NCBI GenBank assembly: GCA_965220765.1
Contig: OZ244847.1
Location: 49,849 to 113,848 of the forward strand
Direction of reading: 5' to 3'
Length of the DNA: 64,000 bases
Source: Candidatus Latescibacterota bacterium
Lineage (GTDB): Bacteria > Latescibacterota > UBA2968
The notes below the pieces were generated by a model. That model was not told where the DNA came from and ran no database searches. It worked only from the letters and a program-made list of their open reading frames with translations. Below, piece after piece: positions 28,964 to 37,760 of the stretch; position 1 is the stretch's first letter, and the number at the start of each line of letters is the position of its first letter. The translations under genes and the position numbers were made by a program.

Positions 28964-29824
28964 TCAGTTACTGAGTCTCACCCTGACCCCTCTCTCCTGA
29001 AGCACCGGAACATGCTTATTAATCGAAACATCGCTCAGGGGATTATCCCTCAAATCGATCAAACTGTTTTCGCCACGCAATTCCGCATTCGCCACCAGAG
29101 GCGATAAATCCGAAACATCGCAATCCCAACCATGCACCCTTCGCAGCCTGAGCAAACCCGACAGCGGCGAAAGATCCGAGACCGCATTGTTATTCAGAGC
29201 CAATCCCCCCAACGCAGTCAAAGTCGATAGTGGAGAAATATCCCAGATGAGATTATTACTCACATCCAGCCACCTCAACTCGGTCATACCCGACAGCGGC
29301 GAAAGATCCGAAACATCGTTGGTATAGAGATGCAGCGTTCTCATCTCCGTCAAACCCGCCAGCGGAGAGAGATCCGAGATATAGGAATTCCCACTAATAT
29401 CCAGTACTCTCAGTTCTGTCAAATTCGACAGCGGCGATATATCCGCTATTGTATTGCGAAAAAGATTCAACTCTGTCAGCTTGATCAAACCCGCCAGCGG
29501 AGAAAGATCCGAAATACTATTGCTATTGACGCGACCGCCATTCGTCAATACATAGCCGAGATTCAGCACCTTCAGTTCGGTCGCGTACTCAATCCCCGTC
29601 AAATCGCGAACCCTTGAATTCGGTGCTTCAAGACGCGTCAACGTCGTCATCTCAGCCGCAGTAATCGCCTCACCTCTCGCCTTATTCAGAGAATCCTCAA
29701 TCACCGCACGCAGGTGAACATCCGGAATATTTACACCCTCGCCCTTCTCATGAGCACCTGCGTCGCATTCGCCATAAAAGGCGAGACAGACACCGAGAAT
29801 GATCAAGAGATATCGGTAGATCAT
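28964..29824 (-). CDS. Secreted internalin-like leucine-rich-repeat protein, copy A
   Basis: Signal peptide, IPDVHLRAVI cap, 22-aa repeats LxxLxLxxNxISDLSPL. Confidence 0.9.
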   Translation of the reverse strand: MIYRYLLIILGVCLAFYGECDAGAHEKGEGVNIPDVHLRAVIEDSLNKARGEAITAAEMTTLTRLEAPNSRVRDLTGIEYATELKVLNLGYVLTNGGRVNSNSISDLSPLAGLIKLTELNLFRNTIADISPLSNLTELRVLDISGNSYISDLSPLAGLTEMRTLHLYTNDVSDLSPLSGMTELRWLDVSNNLIWDISPLSTLTALGGLALNNNAVSDLSPLSGLLRLRRVHGWDCDVSDLSPLVANAELRGENSLIDLRDNPLSDVSINKHVPVLQERGVRVRLSN

Positions 29825-29853
29825 AGGAACTGTCCTCCGTGAAAACTTAGACC

Positions 29854-30714
29854 TCAGTTATCCAGCCTCACCCTGACCCCTCTCTCCCGAAGCGCCGGAA
29901 TATGCGTGTTAATTGAGACATCGCTCAGGGGATTATCCCTCACATCGATATAATCCTTTTCCCCACGCAATCCCACATTCTCCACCAGAGGCGATAAATC
30001 CGTAATATCGCAATCCTGAATATTCAACCTCTCCATATGGATCATACCCGACAGAAGAGAAAGATCCGAGACAGCATTGACATTCAGAGCCAACCCCCTC
30101 AAATCGGTCAAACCCGACAGGGCAGAAATATCCCAGATCAGATTATTACTCAGACTCAGCCATCTCAACCCGGTCAAACCCGACAGCGGCGAGAGATCCG
30201 AAATTTCATTGGTGTAAAGATTCAGCATCCTCAGCCTGGTCATACCCGACAACGGAGAAAGATCCGAAATATGGAAATTCGCACTAACATCCAGTGTTTC
30301 CAGCGCCGTTAAGTTCGACAGCGGCGCAATATCATATATCATATTGCGATGAAGGTACAACTCCGTCAGCTTGATCAAACCCGACAGAGGAGAAAGATCC
30401 GTAATATCATTGCTATTGATATGGGTGCCATTTATAAATACAGCGCCGAGATTCAGCACCGTCAGTTCAGTCGCGTACTCAATCCCCGTCAAATCGCGAA
30501 CCCTTGAATTCGGTGCTTCAAGACGCGTCAACGTCGCCATCTCAGCCGCAGTAATCGCCTCCCCCCTCGCCTTATTCAAAGAATCCTCAATCACCGCACG
30601 CAGGTGAACATCCGGAATCGTTATACCCTCACCCTTCTTATGAGCACCTGCGTCGCATTCGCCATAGCTGACGAAGCACACGCCGAGAATGATCAATATA
30701 TACCTGTAGATCAT
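29854..30714 (-). CDS. Secreted internalin-like leucine-rich-repeat protein, copy B
   Basis: Same length and architecture as copy A. Confidence 0.9.
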   Translation of the reverse strand: MIYRYILIILGVCFVSYGECDAGAHKKGEGITIPDVHLRAVIEDSLNKARGEAITAAEMATLTRLEAPNSRVRDLTGIEYATELTVLNLGAVFINGTHINSNDITDLSPLSGLIKLTELYLHRNMIYDIAPLSNLTALETLDVSANFHISDLSPLSGMTRLRMLNLYTNEISDLSPLSGLTGLRWLSLSNNLIWDISALSGLTDLRGLALNVNAVSDLSLLSGMIHMERLNIQDCDITDLSPLVENVGLRGEKDYIDVRDNPLSDVSINTHIPALRERGVRVRLDN

Positions 30715-30738
30715 GGAAACGGTCCTCCAGATGGTTAG

Positions 30739-32568
30739 TCAAATAATACCATGCAATGGCCCACCCGACGCCCCGAGAGCCTCTACCTTTCTTGTAATCC
30801 CGGGATCCTCAACAAGCGGGGGCGCGTGGTGGGGCTTGTGGCGCGCATCAATAATCAGCGACCCGTTGCAACCCCAGTGTTTGTATTCAATAAAACTATC
30901 AACACCGTAAATATCATGCGAGGGATTGGAACGGGTAAAAGTGACCCAGAGAAAATTATTGAGCGTGCGCGGACTGAATGCGCTGTCATTGACAATGAGA
31001 ATAAGCGGCAAACCATCGAGAGACTGAGACGCGAGTGCCTCACTCAAACGAACTGCATCCTTACCTCCCTGATCGGCATCTTTGAAATCGGGACCCTCAA
31101 TAGCTGCGATACCGGGTAGCGCAATCGCGGGATTCTTAAATCCTTCAGGCAGAGCCAGATCACCCGGAATATCGCGCCACAAATCGCGTCTCTTCGCACC
31201 GGCTGCGGCGATCACAACCTTGGAACCCTCATTAAATCCCGTACCGGAATAATCCAGCGTATCAATCGTCGTACGGGTTTGAAAGTGGAGATCGCGCCGC
31301 CAATCCACCCGCTCGAGAACATGGATAAAATAAGAGCTGATATCGTGCGTATTCAGATGGGGATTATCTTCCCCCGCACAAATAAAAAGATACTTTGCCA
31401 AAGAACACGCACCAAAACCGAGCAGTGCATTGGCAAGCGTGAGAATCTCCTGCGGTTGTCGCTCGCGGTAGGGCACATAGCGTTCCGAACCAATGGCAAT
31501 AAGCAAAGGATGAACACCCGCCGCATCCACGGCATTAATAGACTTGAGACCGGGAATCTCAACGGGAACCATCGGACCGGTAATCTCGTGAATAAGCAAA
31601 CCAAACGCCGTATCTTCTTGCGGGGGGCGCCCGACAACAGTAAAGGGATAAATAGCGTCTCTCCGGTGCCAAACATCTTCGACATGGAGCACGGGAAAAT
31701 CATGCGCCAGGCTATAATAACCCAGATGATCGCCAAAAGGACCTTCGGGCTTAGTTTCGCCCGGATGCACGGTACCCGTAATAACAAAATCGGCCTCAGT
31801 AGAAATAACACAGCCATTCCTGCGCGCATAGCGAAACCGACGCCCGGCCAGCCCCCCAGCAAAAATAAGCTCGGACAAACCCTCGGGCAAAGGCATAACA
31901 GCAGAAAACGTATGAGCGGGCGGTCCCCCGATAAAAACACTCACGCGCAAAGGCTCTCCGCGCTTGAGTGCATTGGCATGGTGAATCCCAATATCGCGAC
32001 GGATCTGGTAGTGCAGACCAACTTCTTCGTTCTGCATATACTCATTGCCAGAGAGCTGGATGCGATACATACCCAAATTGGCATTCATAACACCCGGTCG
32101 GTCGGGATCCTCAGTATAAACCTGAGGCAAAAGAACAAAAGGACCGCCATCGTCGGGCCAGCACTGAATCTGAGGAAGCTGATCAACAGTCGTACTGTGT
32201 CTGAGCACCGCACCAAAACGCACCCTTCTCGGCAACGTATGAAAAGCGATACGCGCAATCCCCATTGCGCGCCAGGGCGCGCGAAGAAACGCAGCCGGAT
32301 CGGCTTTAGCTTCGACAAGGCGTTGTACCCATCTCAGAGTTGACCGAAAGAGAAAACGCGACCGATCCAGCGTACCAAACAGATTGGAAACTGCCGGAAA
32401 TGGACTATCTTTTACATTCGCATAATAAACAGCCGGACCATTGGCCTGAAAAACGCGGCGATGGATCTCCGCCATCTCCAGATGGGGATCCACCTCCTGT
32501 TCAATGCGGATGAGATGACCGTTGCGATCGAGATCGTCAACGCATTGTTTGAGGGACTTGTATCGCAT
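30739..32568 (-). CDS. UbiD family decarboxylase
   Basis: NLGMYRIQ, EGPFGDHLGYYS, VVGRPPQED. Confidence 0.9.
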   Translation of the reverse strand: MRYKSLKQCVDDLDRNGHLIRIEQEVDPHLEMAEIHRRVFQANGPAVYYANVKDSPFPAVSNLFGTLDRSRFLFRSTLRWVQRLVEAKADPAAFLRAPWRAMGIARIAFHTLPRRVRFGAVLRHSTTVDQLPQIQCWPDDGGPFVLLPQVYTEDPDRPGVMNANLGMYRIQLSGNEYMQNEEVGLHYQIRRDIGIHHANALKRGEPLRVSVFIGGPPAHTFSAVMPLPEGLSELIFAGGLAGRRFRYARRNGCVISTEADFVITGTVHPGETKPEGPFGDHLGYYSLAHDFPVLHVEDVWHRRDAIYPFTVVGRPPQEDTAFGLLIHEITGPMVPVEIPGLKSINAVDAAGVHPLLIAIGSERYVPYRERQPQEILTLANALLGFGACSLAKYLFICAGEDNPHLNTHDISSYFIHVLERVDWRRDLHFQTRTTIDTLDYSGTGFNEGSKVVIAAAGAKRRDLWRDIPGDLALPEGFKNPAIALPGIAAIEGPDFKDADQGGKDAVRLSEALASQSLDGLPLILIVNDSAFSPRTLNNFLWVTFTRSNPSHDIYGVDSFIEYKHWGCNGSLIIDARHKPHHAPPLVEDPGITRKVEALGASGGPLHGII

Positions 32569-32665
32569 TGCAGTATATTGTTAGAGATTGAATTTTGATG
32601 TGTAATATAGTACTGAATACCGATTTAAGAGACAATTCTTAAATTATAGCAAGGAGGAACACTTC

Positions 32666-33652
32666 ATGACATCATTTCGAGCACTCGTCGTACGCGAGAC
32701 GGAGGGTCAATTCTCGAGATCATTAGAAAACCGACAAATAGAAGACCTACCCGAAGGCGAAGTATTGATACGGGTGCGCTATTCCTCGCTAAATTACAAA
32801 GACGCCCTATCCGCAACCGGGCACCGCAGCGTAACGCAGGCATATCCGCATACACCGGGCATAGATGCAGCAGGAGAAATCGTCGAAAGCACAGTTGCCG
32901 ACTATGAACCTGGCGACAGCGTATTGGTCACAGGCTACGATTTGGGAATGAATACGCCGGGCGGATTCGGACAGTACATCAGAGTACCCGCCCATTGGCT
33001 GGTCAGGCTCCCCGAAGAATTGACTTCAAAAGAAAGCATGGGATATGGAACCGCGGGATTTACCGCAGCACTATCGGTCCATCACATCATCGCAGGGGGC
33101 GTAACCCCGGATCAGGGCGACATCGCAGTAACTGGCGCAACCGGCGGCGTGGGCAGTCTCGCAGTAGCGATATTAGCCAAAAACGGCTTTCGAGTCGTAG
33201 CAGCCACGGGAAAAGCGTCAGAAACGGACTTCCTGAAAAAACTCGGCGCATCTGAAGTCATAGACCGGCGAACATTGGACGATGACTCCGGCCGGCCCAT
33301 CCTATCAGGCCGCTGGGCAGCGGCAATAGATACCGTTGGCGGAAACATCCTGTCAACACTCATCAAAACAACGCAATACCACGGCGTAATAACCTGTTGT
33401 GGATTGGTCGCATCCCCCGAACTGCACACCACAGTATATCCATTTATCCTCCGCGGCGTCAAACTAATCGGCATCGACTCCGTCTCATGCCCCATGGACC
33501 TCAGACTAAAAATCTGGCAACGTATCGCCACAGACTGGAAAATCAACACCCTGAACAACATAATCGCAGAATGCGACTTATCAGAACTAAATATCCAAAT
33601 AGATCGCATCTTATCCGGACAAATGCGCGGACGGATCGTGGTCAAACTGTAA
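32666..33652 (+). CDS. YhdH/AcuI family (acrylyl-CoA reductase-like) zinc-independent oxidoreductase
   Basis: YSSLNYKDAL, PGIDAAG, GTAGFTAALSV, TGATGGVGS, PFILRGVKLIGIDSV. Confidence 0.88.
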   Translation: MTSFRALVVRETEGQFSRSLENRQIEDLPEGEVLIRVRYSSLNYKDALSATGHRSVTQAYPHTPGIDAAGEIVESTVADYEPGDSVLVTGYDLGMNTPGGFGQYIRVPAHWLVRLPEELTSKESMGYGTAGFTAALSVHHIIAGGVTPDQGDIAVTGATGGVGSLAVAILAKNGFRVVAATGKASETDFLKKLGASEVIDRRTLDDDSGRPILSGRWAAAIDTVGGNILSTLIKTTQYHGVITCCGLVASPELHTTVYPFILRGVKLIGIDSVSCPMDLRLKIWQRIATDWKINTLNNIIAECDLSELNIQIDRILSGQMRGRIVVKL

Positions 33653-33710
33653 AAGCAAGTAAGAAGTTAGAAGGCCCGCCCCAACCATCCAAAGGCTGGT
33701 ACTTCTCCCT

Positions 33711-34469
33711 TCACACTTCTCCCTTCACACTTCTCACAATCCCCCGACTCCTCTTCAGCGCGTCGAGAGGATCTGGAATATCCGACTTCAGTTCCAGACT
33801 CATATTCCCGGTATAATTCACCGACTGAAGCGCGGCGAAAGTCGATTGCAGCACCTCCCGCGTAAGCACCCCATCGCACAGCCCCAGATGCAGATCCTCC
33901 TCCCCATCATTATCATCGAGATGAACATAACCCAGGTGATCTCCTGCCAGCGCGATCATATCCGCGGGATCTTCATCTGCCATCTGTGCGTGTCCGATAT
34001 CAAAAAGCAGATACAGATTGGGATGACCGATCTCCTCGAGATAAGTGAGCGTAAACGGCACCGTCGGCAAAAACGTACCCGGAAAGTGTTCAACAGCGAG
34101 CTTGACACCCGCATCTTGCGCCTGATCAGCCAGCGCGCTCAAAGACTCGGCAAACAGGTCGGCATCATCGCCCTGGGGCACCAGGTACGCCGTCGTTGCA
34201 CTGAGCCGAGCACCGTGTTCAAACGCCCGATTTATATGATCGCGTGCGGATTGTGGATTATCTCCTGTCAGAGACATCCCCTCGGGCATATCGGCAGAAG
34301 CGGCAATACACGAAACCGCGAGACCGAGGTCTCTGGCTCGTTGCTGAAGCTCGGCAGTCTGAAGCCAACCCGGACGAATATCAATATGGGTAAACCCCGC
34401 ATCGGCAACCTGTTCTAAAGCGAGTTCCTCGGCACAGGTCAGTGCCCATATACATGCAGCGAGAGACAT
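33711..34469 (-). CDS. Sugar phosphate isomerase/epimerase (TIM barrel)
   Basis: LAVEH, FDIGH, VHLDDNDG..DLH and SLE metal ligands. Confidence 0.85.
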   Translation of the reverse strand: MSLAACIWALTCAEELALEQVADAGFTHIDIRPGWLQTAELQQRARDLGLAVSCIAASADMPEGMSLTGDNPQSARDHINRAFEHGARLSATTAYLVPQGDDADLFAESLSALADQAQDAGVKLAVEHFPGTFLPTVPFTLTYLEEIGHPNLYLLFDIGHAQMADEDPADMIALAGDHLGYVHLDDNDGEEDLHLGLCDGVLTREVLQSTFAALQSVNYTGNMSLELKSDIPDPLDALKRSRGIVRSVKGEV

Positions 34470-34487
34470 GGTGGCTCCTTTGAAAAA

Positions 34488-34530
34488 TAAAACCGAACCC
34501 CAGGCGATTTTTCGTCTGGGGTTTAGCGTG
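34488..34530. repeat. Terminator-like hairpin, direct-repeat copy 1
   Basis: TAAAACCGAACCCCAGGCGATTTTTCGTCTGGGGTTT; homologous to 35542-35582. Confidence 0.7.
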
Positions 34531-34559
34531 AAATAAATGGGAGAAGAGGATAGAGCCGG

Positions 34560-34928
34560 TTAGTTATCAGCGGTCTCGGCCACAGCAGTGTCCTTTAGCT
34601 TGCCGCGCATACGTGCGTAGGTCTCCGCCAGAAGATCGCGCAATTCCTCGGCAATCTCTGGATGAGGATTACCGGCGAGAGCTTTGCAGGCCAGTTGCTC
34701 GGCTAAACGTGGCCGGTTGCAGTCCAAAGCCAGCCATCCGGCACTGCGGTGCAGCACTGAGTAATTTGGTTCAACAGGCTCGGTTATTTCTTTAAGGGCC
34801 TTAAGCTCAAGGTCTAATGCCTGCTCGAACAAAGCTACTGCCTGCTCCTCATTGCCTCGACGCCGCTCTTGATCAGCGAAAAACGCCTTGTCCATAGCCT
34901 CGTCGTGAAATTTATTAAGAGCACTCAT
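34560..34928 (-). CDS. Hypothetical all-helical TPR-like protein
   Basis: 122 aa; HDEAM...FEQALDLE...SVLHRSAGWLAL; ATGA overlap with the upstream gene. Confidence 0.75.
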   Translation of the reverse strand: MSALNKFHDEAMDKAFFADQERRRGNEEQAVALFEQALDLELKALKEITEPVEPNYSVLHRSAGWLALDCNRPRLAEQLACKALAGNPHPEIAEELRDLLAETYARMRGKLKDTAVAETADN

Positions 34929-35446
34929 TTCTTTTGAACCTCCGCAAGTGGTCTCCCAAACTCTACGACTATCACATAAATTTCCAATCGTAGATGTTCA
35001 GACCGATCCGTCTGCTGTAACTTTTCTCTAACTCTCGCCCTTATGATATGTTCATCGCCATCTCGAATACCCGATATTTCTAGTCCAGCCTTATTCACAA
35101 AACCTTCATCAGATGCCAGGCCTATCCAATAATCAAAACCCGTACCTTTCCAAGATCGCCGGATGACTTCATAACCGATTTCTGCTTTTGCTATCAAAAT
35201 TCCGATTCCTAAGGCACCATATTCGGTAGCATTTTCAGGATCATTCCAGGACCGGCGAGATTGCTCTGTTATAGGCGGCCATACCAAAGTATAGACGTTG
35301 TCACTGTAACCTCTGACGATTAGCTGAACGCCCTGGGTATGTCCTTGTGACTCTAAACACACGCCACCAGCTTCTGCCAACGATGCACCCATTGCCGGTG
35401 AGATGGCTGGAATGTCGCCTTTGCCCAAGTCATTCAAATCCAGCAT
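34925..35446 (-). CDS. Hypothetical protein with a PD-(D/E)xK-like nuclease pattern
   Basis: ATEYGA helix, KGTGFDYWIG, GLEISGI. Confidence 0.65.
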   Translation of the reverse strand: MLDLNDLGKGDIPAISPAMGASLAEAGGVCLESQGHTQGVQLIVRGYSDNVYTLVWPPITEQSRRSWNDPENATEYGALGIGILIAKAEIGYEVIRRSWKGTGFDYWIGLASDEGFVNKAGLEISGIRDGDEHIIRARVREKLQQTDRSEHLRLEIYVIVVEFGRPLAEVQKK

Positions 35447-35541
35447 ATACCATTTCCGTTTTGTCCAAGCATGTGTAAATTATATGGAATATCAATATCA
35501 AGGTCAAACACACAATTGCTCTCGTAGATAACCGCTATTCT

Positions 35542-35582
35542 TAAAACCAAATTCCAGATGATTTTCGTCTGGGGTTTTTGTG
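35542..35582. repeat. Terminator-like hairpin, direct-repeat copy 2
   Basis: TAAAACCAAATTCCAGATGATTTTCGTCTGGGGTTT. Confidence 0.7.
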
Positions 35583-35598
35583 TCACAAAAGCGTTCCA

Positions 35599-36285
35599 TT
35601 ACCTCATCGCCTGATTCTTTTCTCTCAACGACCATGATCTATCCGGATTGTGGTACAGCCACTGCGCCATATTTTCTTTAATCCGGGACCATTCCGTATC
35701 CAGCATGGAAAACCACGTCGTATCCCGGTTGCGGTCCTTAACAATCATATGCTGGCGAAAAAGCCCTTCGTACGTGAACCCCAGGCGGAGTGCAGCAGAC
35801 CGCGAGCGTTCATTGAGCGCATCGCACTTCCACTCCACGCGGCGATAACGCATACAATCAAACGCCTCGCAAAGCATGAGATACACAGCCTCGGTATTCG
35901 CACACGTATTTTGCGCCTCCGGTCCATACCAGATATTTCCAAGCTCCAACCGACGCGCATCGGACGCAACATTCAAAAAACTCACCATACCAATAGGCCG
36001 ACCAGATTGTTTATCTCGAACAGAAAAAAAGAGCGGATCCTCCGAACGCTCAATCCCTTCAAGCCACGCCTGCATGGACAGCACATCTTCAAAAGGCCCA
36101 TACGCCATATACGTCCACAACTGCTCTACGAGTTCCGTCCCGTGCGAACATGCAAACAACCCGGGCGCATCCTTTTCCGAATCGAGAGGTGACAGCGCAA
36201 TATACTCACCCTCATAATCCACTCGTTGCGGGACACGCACTTCAGATACAGACGGCACAAAATCGCCAAAGGGAAGAGGTGACAT
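35599..36285 (-). CDS. GNAT N-acetyltransferase (RimJ/RimL-like)
   Basis: LWTYMAYGPF, YRRVEWKCDALNERSRSAALRLGFTYEGLFRQH, RDTTWFS. Confidence 0.9.
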   Translation of the reverse strand: MSPLPFGDFVPSVSEVRVPQRVDYEGEYIALSPLDSEKDAPGLFACSHGTELVEQLWTYMAYGPFEDVLSMQAWLEGIERSEDPLFFSVRDKQSGRPIGMVSFLNVASDARRLELGNIWYGPEAQNTCANTEAVYLMLCEAFDCMRYRRVEWKCDALNERSRSAALRLGFTYEGLFRQHMIVKDRNRDTTWFSMLDTEWSRIKENMAQWLYHNPDRSWSLREKNQAMR

Positions 36286-36406
36286 CGTTTTTATCTCCAT
36301 AAAATATGGTTGATGTGATATTCGGCATACTCTTTGACAAAACCAAAAAAATTGAGGTTTCCCCAAAATACCCCAGTCGCGAACTCAAAACATCGTCCTC
36401 CTGGAC

Positions 36407-36438
36407 AAAAAAAGCCCGTCCTTTTGGATAGGCTTTTC
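36407..36438 (-). terminator. Terminator downstream of purA
   Basis: AAAAAAAGCCCGTCC-TTTT-GGATAGGCTTTT; the U tract lies on the minus strand. Confidence 0.6.
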
Positions 36439-36469
36439 TCATCTCCACATTTTGATCCACACCATCTAT

Positions 36470-37747
36470 CTACATCTCAATAATATCCTCTCGCCTTGGT
36501 CCCACGGAAATCCACTTCACCGGGACCTCGAGCCACTCTTCGATATGCTCTACATAACGCTGTGCATTCGTCGGCAAATCCGAAAACTCGCGCACCGAAG
36601 AAATATCTGTTCTCCACCCCGGCAACTTTTCCAGCACAGGCGTCGCCCGGTCGAGCAACGACGGAACTGGAAACACCCCTGTCTTCTCGCCATCAATCTC
36701 ATAAGCTGTACAAACGGGAATCTCATCCAAATAACCCAACACATCGAGCAACGACAACGCAACTGCTGTCGCCCCTTGCATGCGACACCCATAGCGCGTT
36801 GCAACAGCATCGAACCAGCCCATCCTGCGGGGCCGACCCGTCGTCGCACCGTACTCCCCTGCATCGCCGCCCCTCTCGCGAAGATTCTCCGCCTCCTCGC
36901 CAAAAATCTCAGAAATAAAAGGACCCGCCCCCACGCACGAGGAATACGCCTTTGCAACAGCGACAACTTGCGTAATCGAATAAGGCGGAATACCCGCCCC
37001 AATCGACGCAAAACCCGCCAAAGTAGAAGAAGACGTGGGATAGGGATAAATACCGTGATCGGGATCGCGCAAAGCACCCAACTGCCCCTCCACGAGAATC
37101 TTCTTATTCTCCTTCAACGCATTGTGAAGCAACAACGACGTATCGCAAACATAAGACTCGATCTGCTCTCCCGCCGCCATCAAATCCGGCACAACCTGCT
37201 CCAGAGAGATAAGCGGCTTGTGATATAAATGCTCGAAAAGCACATTTTTCACCTCCAGCGCGCGCGCGACGCGATCACGCAAGCGCCCTTCATCAAACAA
37301 ATCGGCAACCTGAACCCCCACCTTCAAATACTTATCCGAATAAAACGGCGCAATACCCGACTTGGTCGAACCGTATTTTCGATCCCCCAACCGCTCCTCC
37401 TCATACTCATCCATAAGAAGATGATAGGGAAGCAACACCTGCGCGCGCTCGGATATACACAGATTTGGCTTCGGCACGCCGCGGGCAATCAGATCATCCA
37501 CCTCCTCTATAAAAGCCGGAATATTCAACGCAATTCCCGTACCGAGAATATTCGTCGTATGCGGATAAAACACGCCCGAAGGCAAAAGGTGAAGGGCAAA
37601 TTTCCCATACTCATTAATAATCGTATGCCCGGCATTATTCCCACCCTGAAACCGAATAACAAAATCGGAATCCCGAGCCAGAACATCCGTCATCTTGCCC
37701 TTGCCTTCATCACCCCAATTTGCGCCTACAATCGCTGAAACAGACAT
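36470..37747 (-). CDS. purA: Adenylosuccinate synthetase
   Basis: GANWGDEGKGK, FQGGNNAGHT, EYGATTGRPRR. Confidence 0.97.
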   Translation of the reverse strand: MSVSAIVGANWGDEGKGKMTDVLARDSDFVIRFQGGNNAGHTIINEYGKFALHLLPSGVFYPHTTNILGTGIALNIPAFIEEVDDLIARGVPKPNLCISERAQVLLPYHLLMDEYEEERLGDRKYGSTKSGIAPFYSDKYLKVGVQVADLFDEGRLRDRVARALEVKNVLFEHLYHKPLISLEQVVPDLMAAGEQIESYVCDTSLLLHNALKENKKILVEGQLGALRDPDHGIYPYPTSSSTLAGFASIGAGIPPYSITQVVAVAKAYSSCVGAGPFISEIFGEEAENLRERGGDAGEYGATTGRPRRMGWFDAVATRYGCRMQGATAVALSLLDVLGYLDEIPVCTAYEIDGEKTGVFPVPSLLDRATPVLEKLPGWRTDISSVREFSDLPTNAQRYVEHIEEWLEVPVKWISVGPRREDIIEM

Positions 37748-37760
37748 TTTTCTCCCTTTT

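Larger units (their letters stand above)
28960..30739 (-). repeat. Tandem duplication with an ~890-bp unit containing the LRR gene
   Basis: GACCTCAGTTA recurs at 28960 and 29850; both ORFs are 286 aa and offset by 890 bp. Confidence 0.85.

Noticed and set aside
28964-30714. Periodic ~66-bp repeats resembling a CRISPR array or DGR template/variable pair
   Set aside because: They are coding LRR units. There are no cas or reverse transcriptase genes, and the differences are not adenine-specific.
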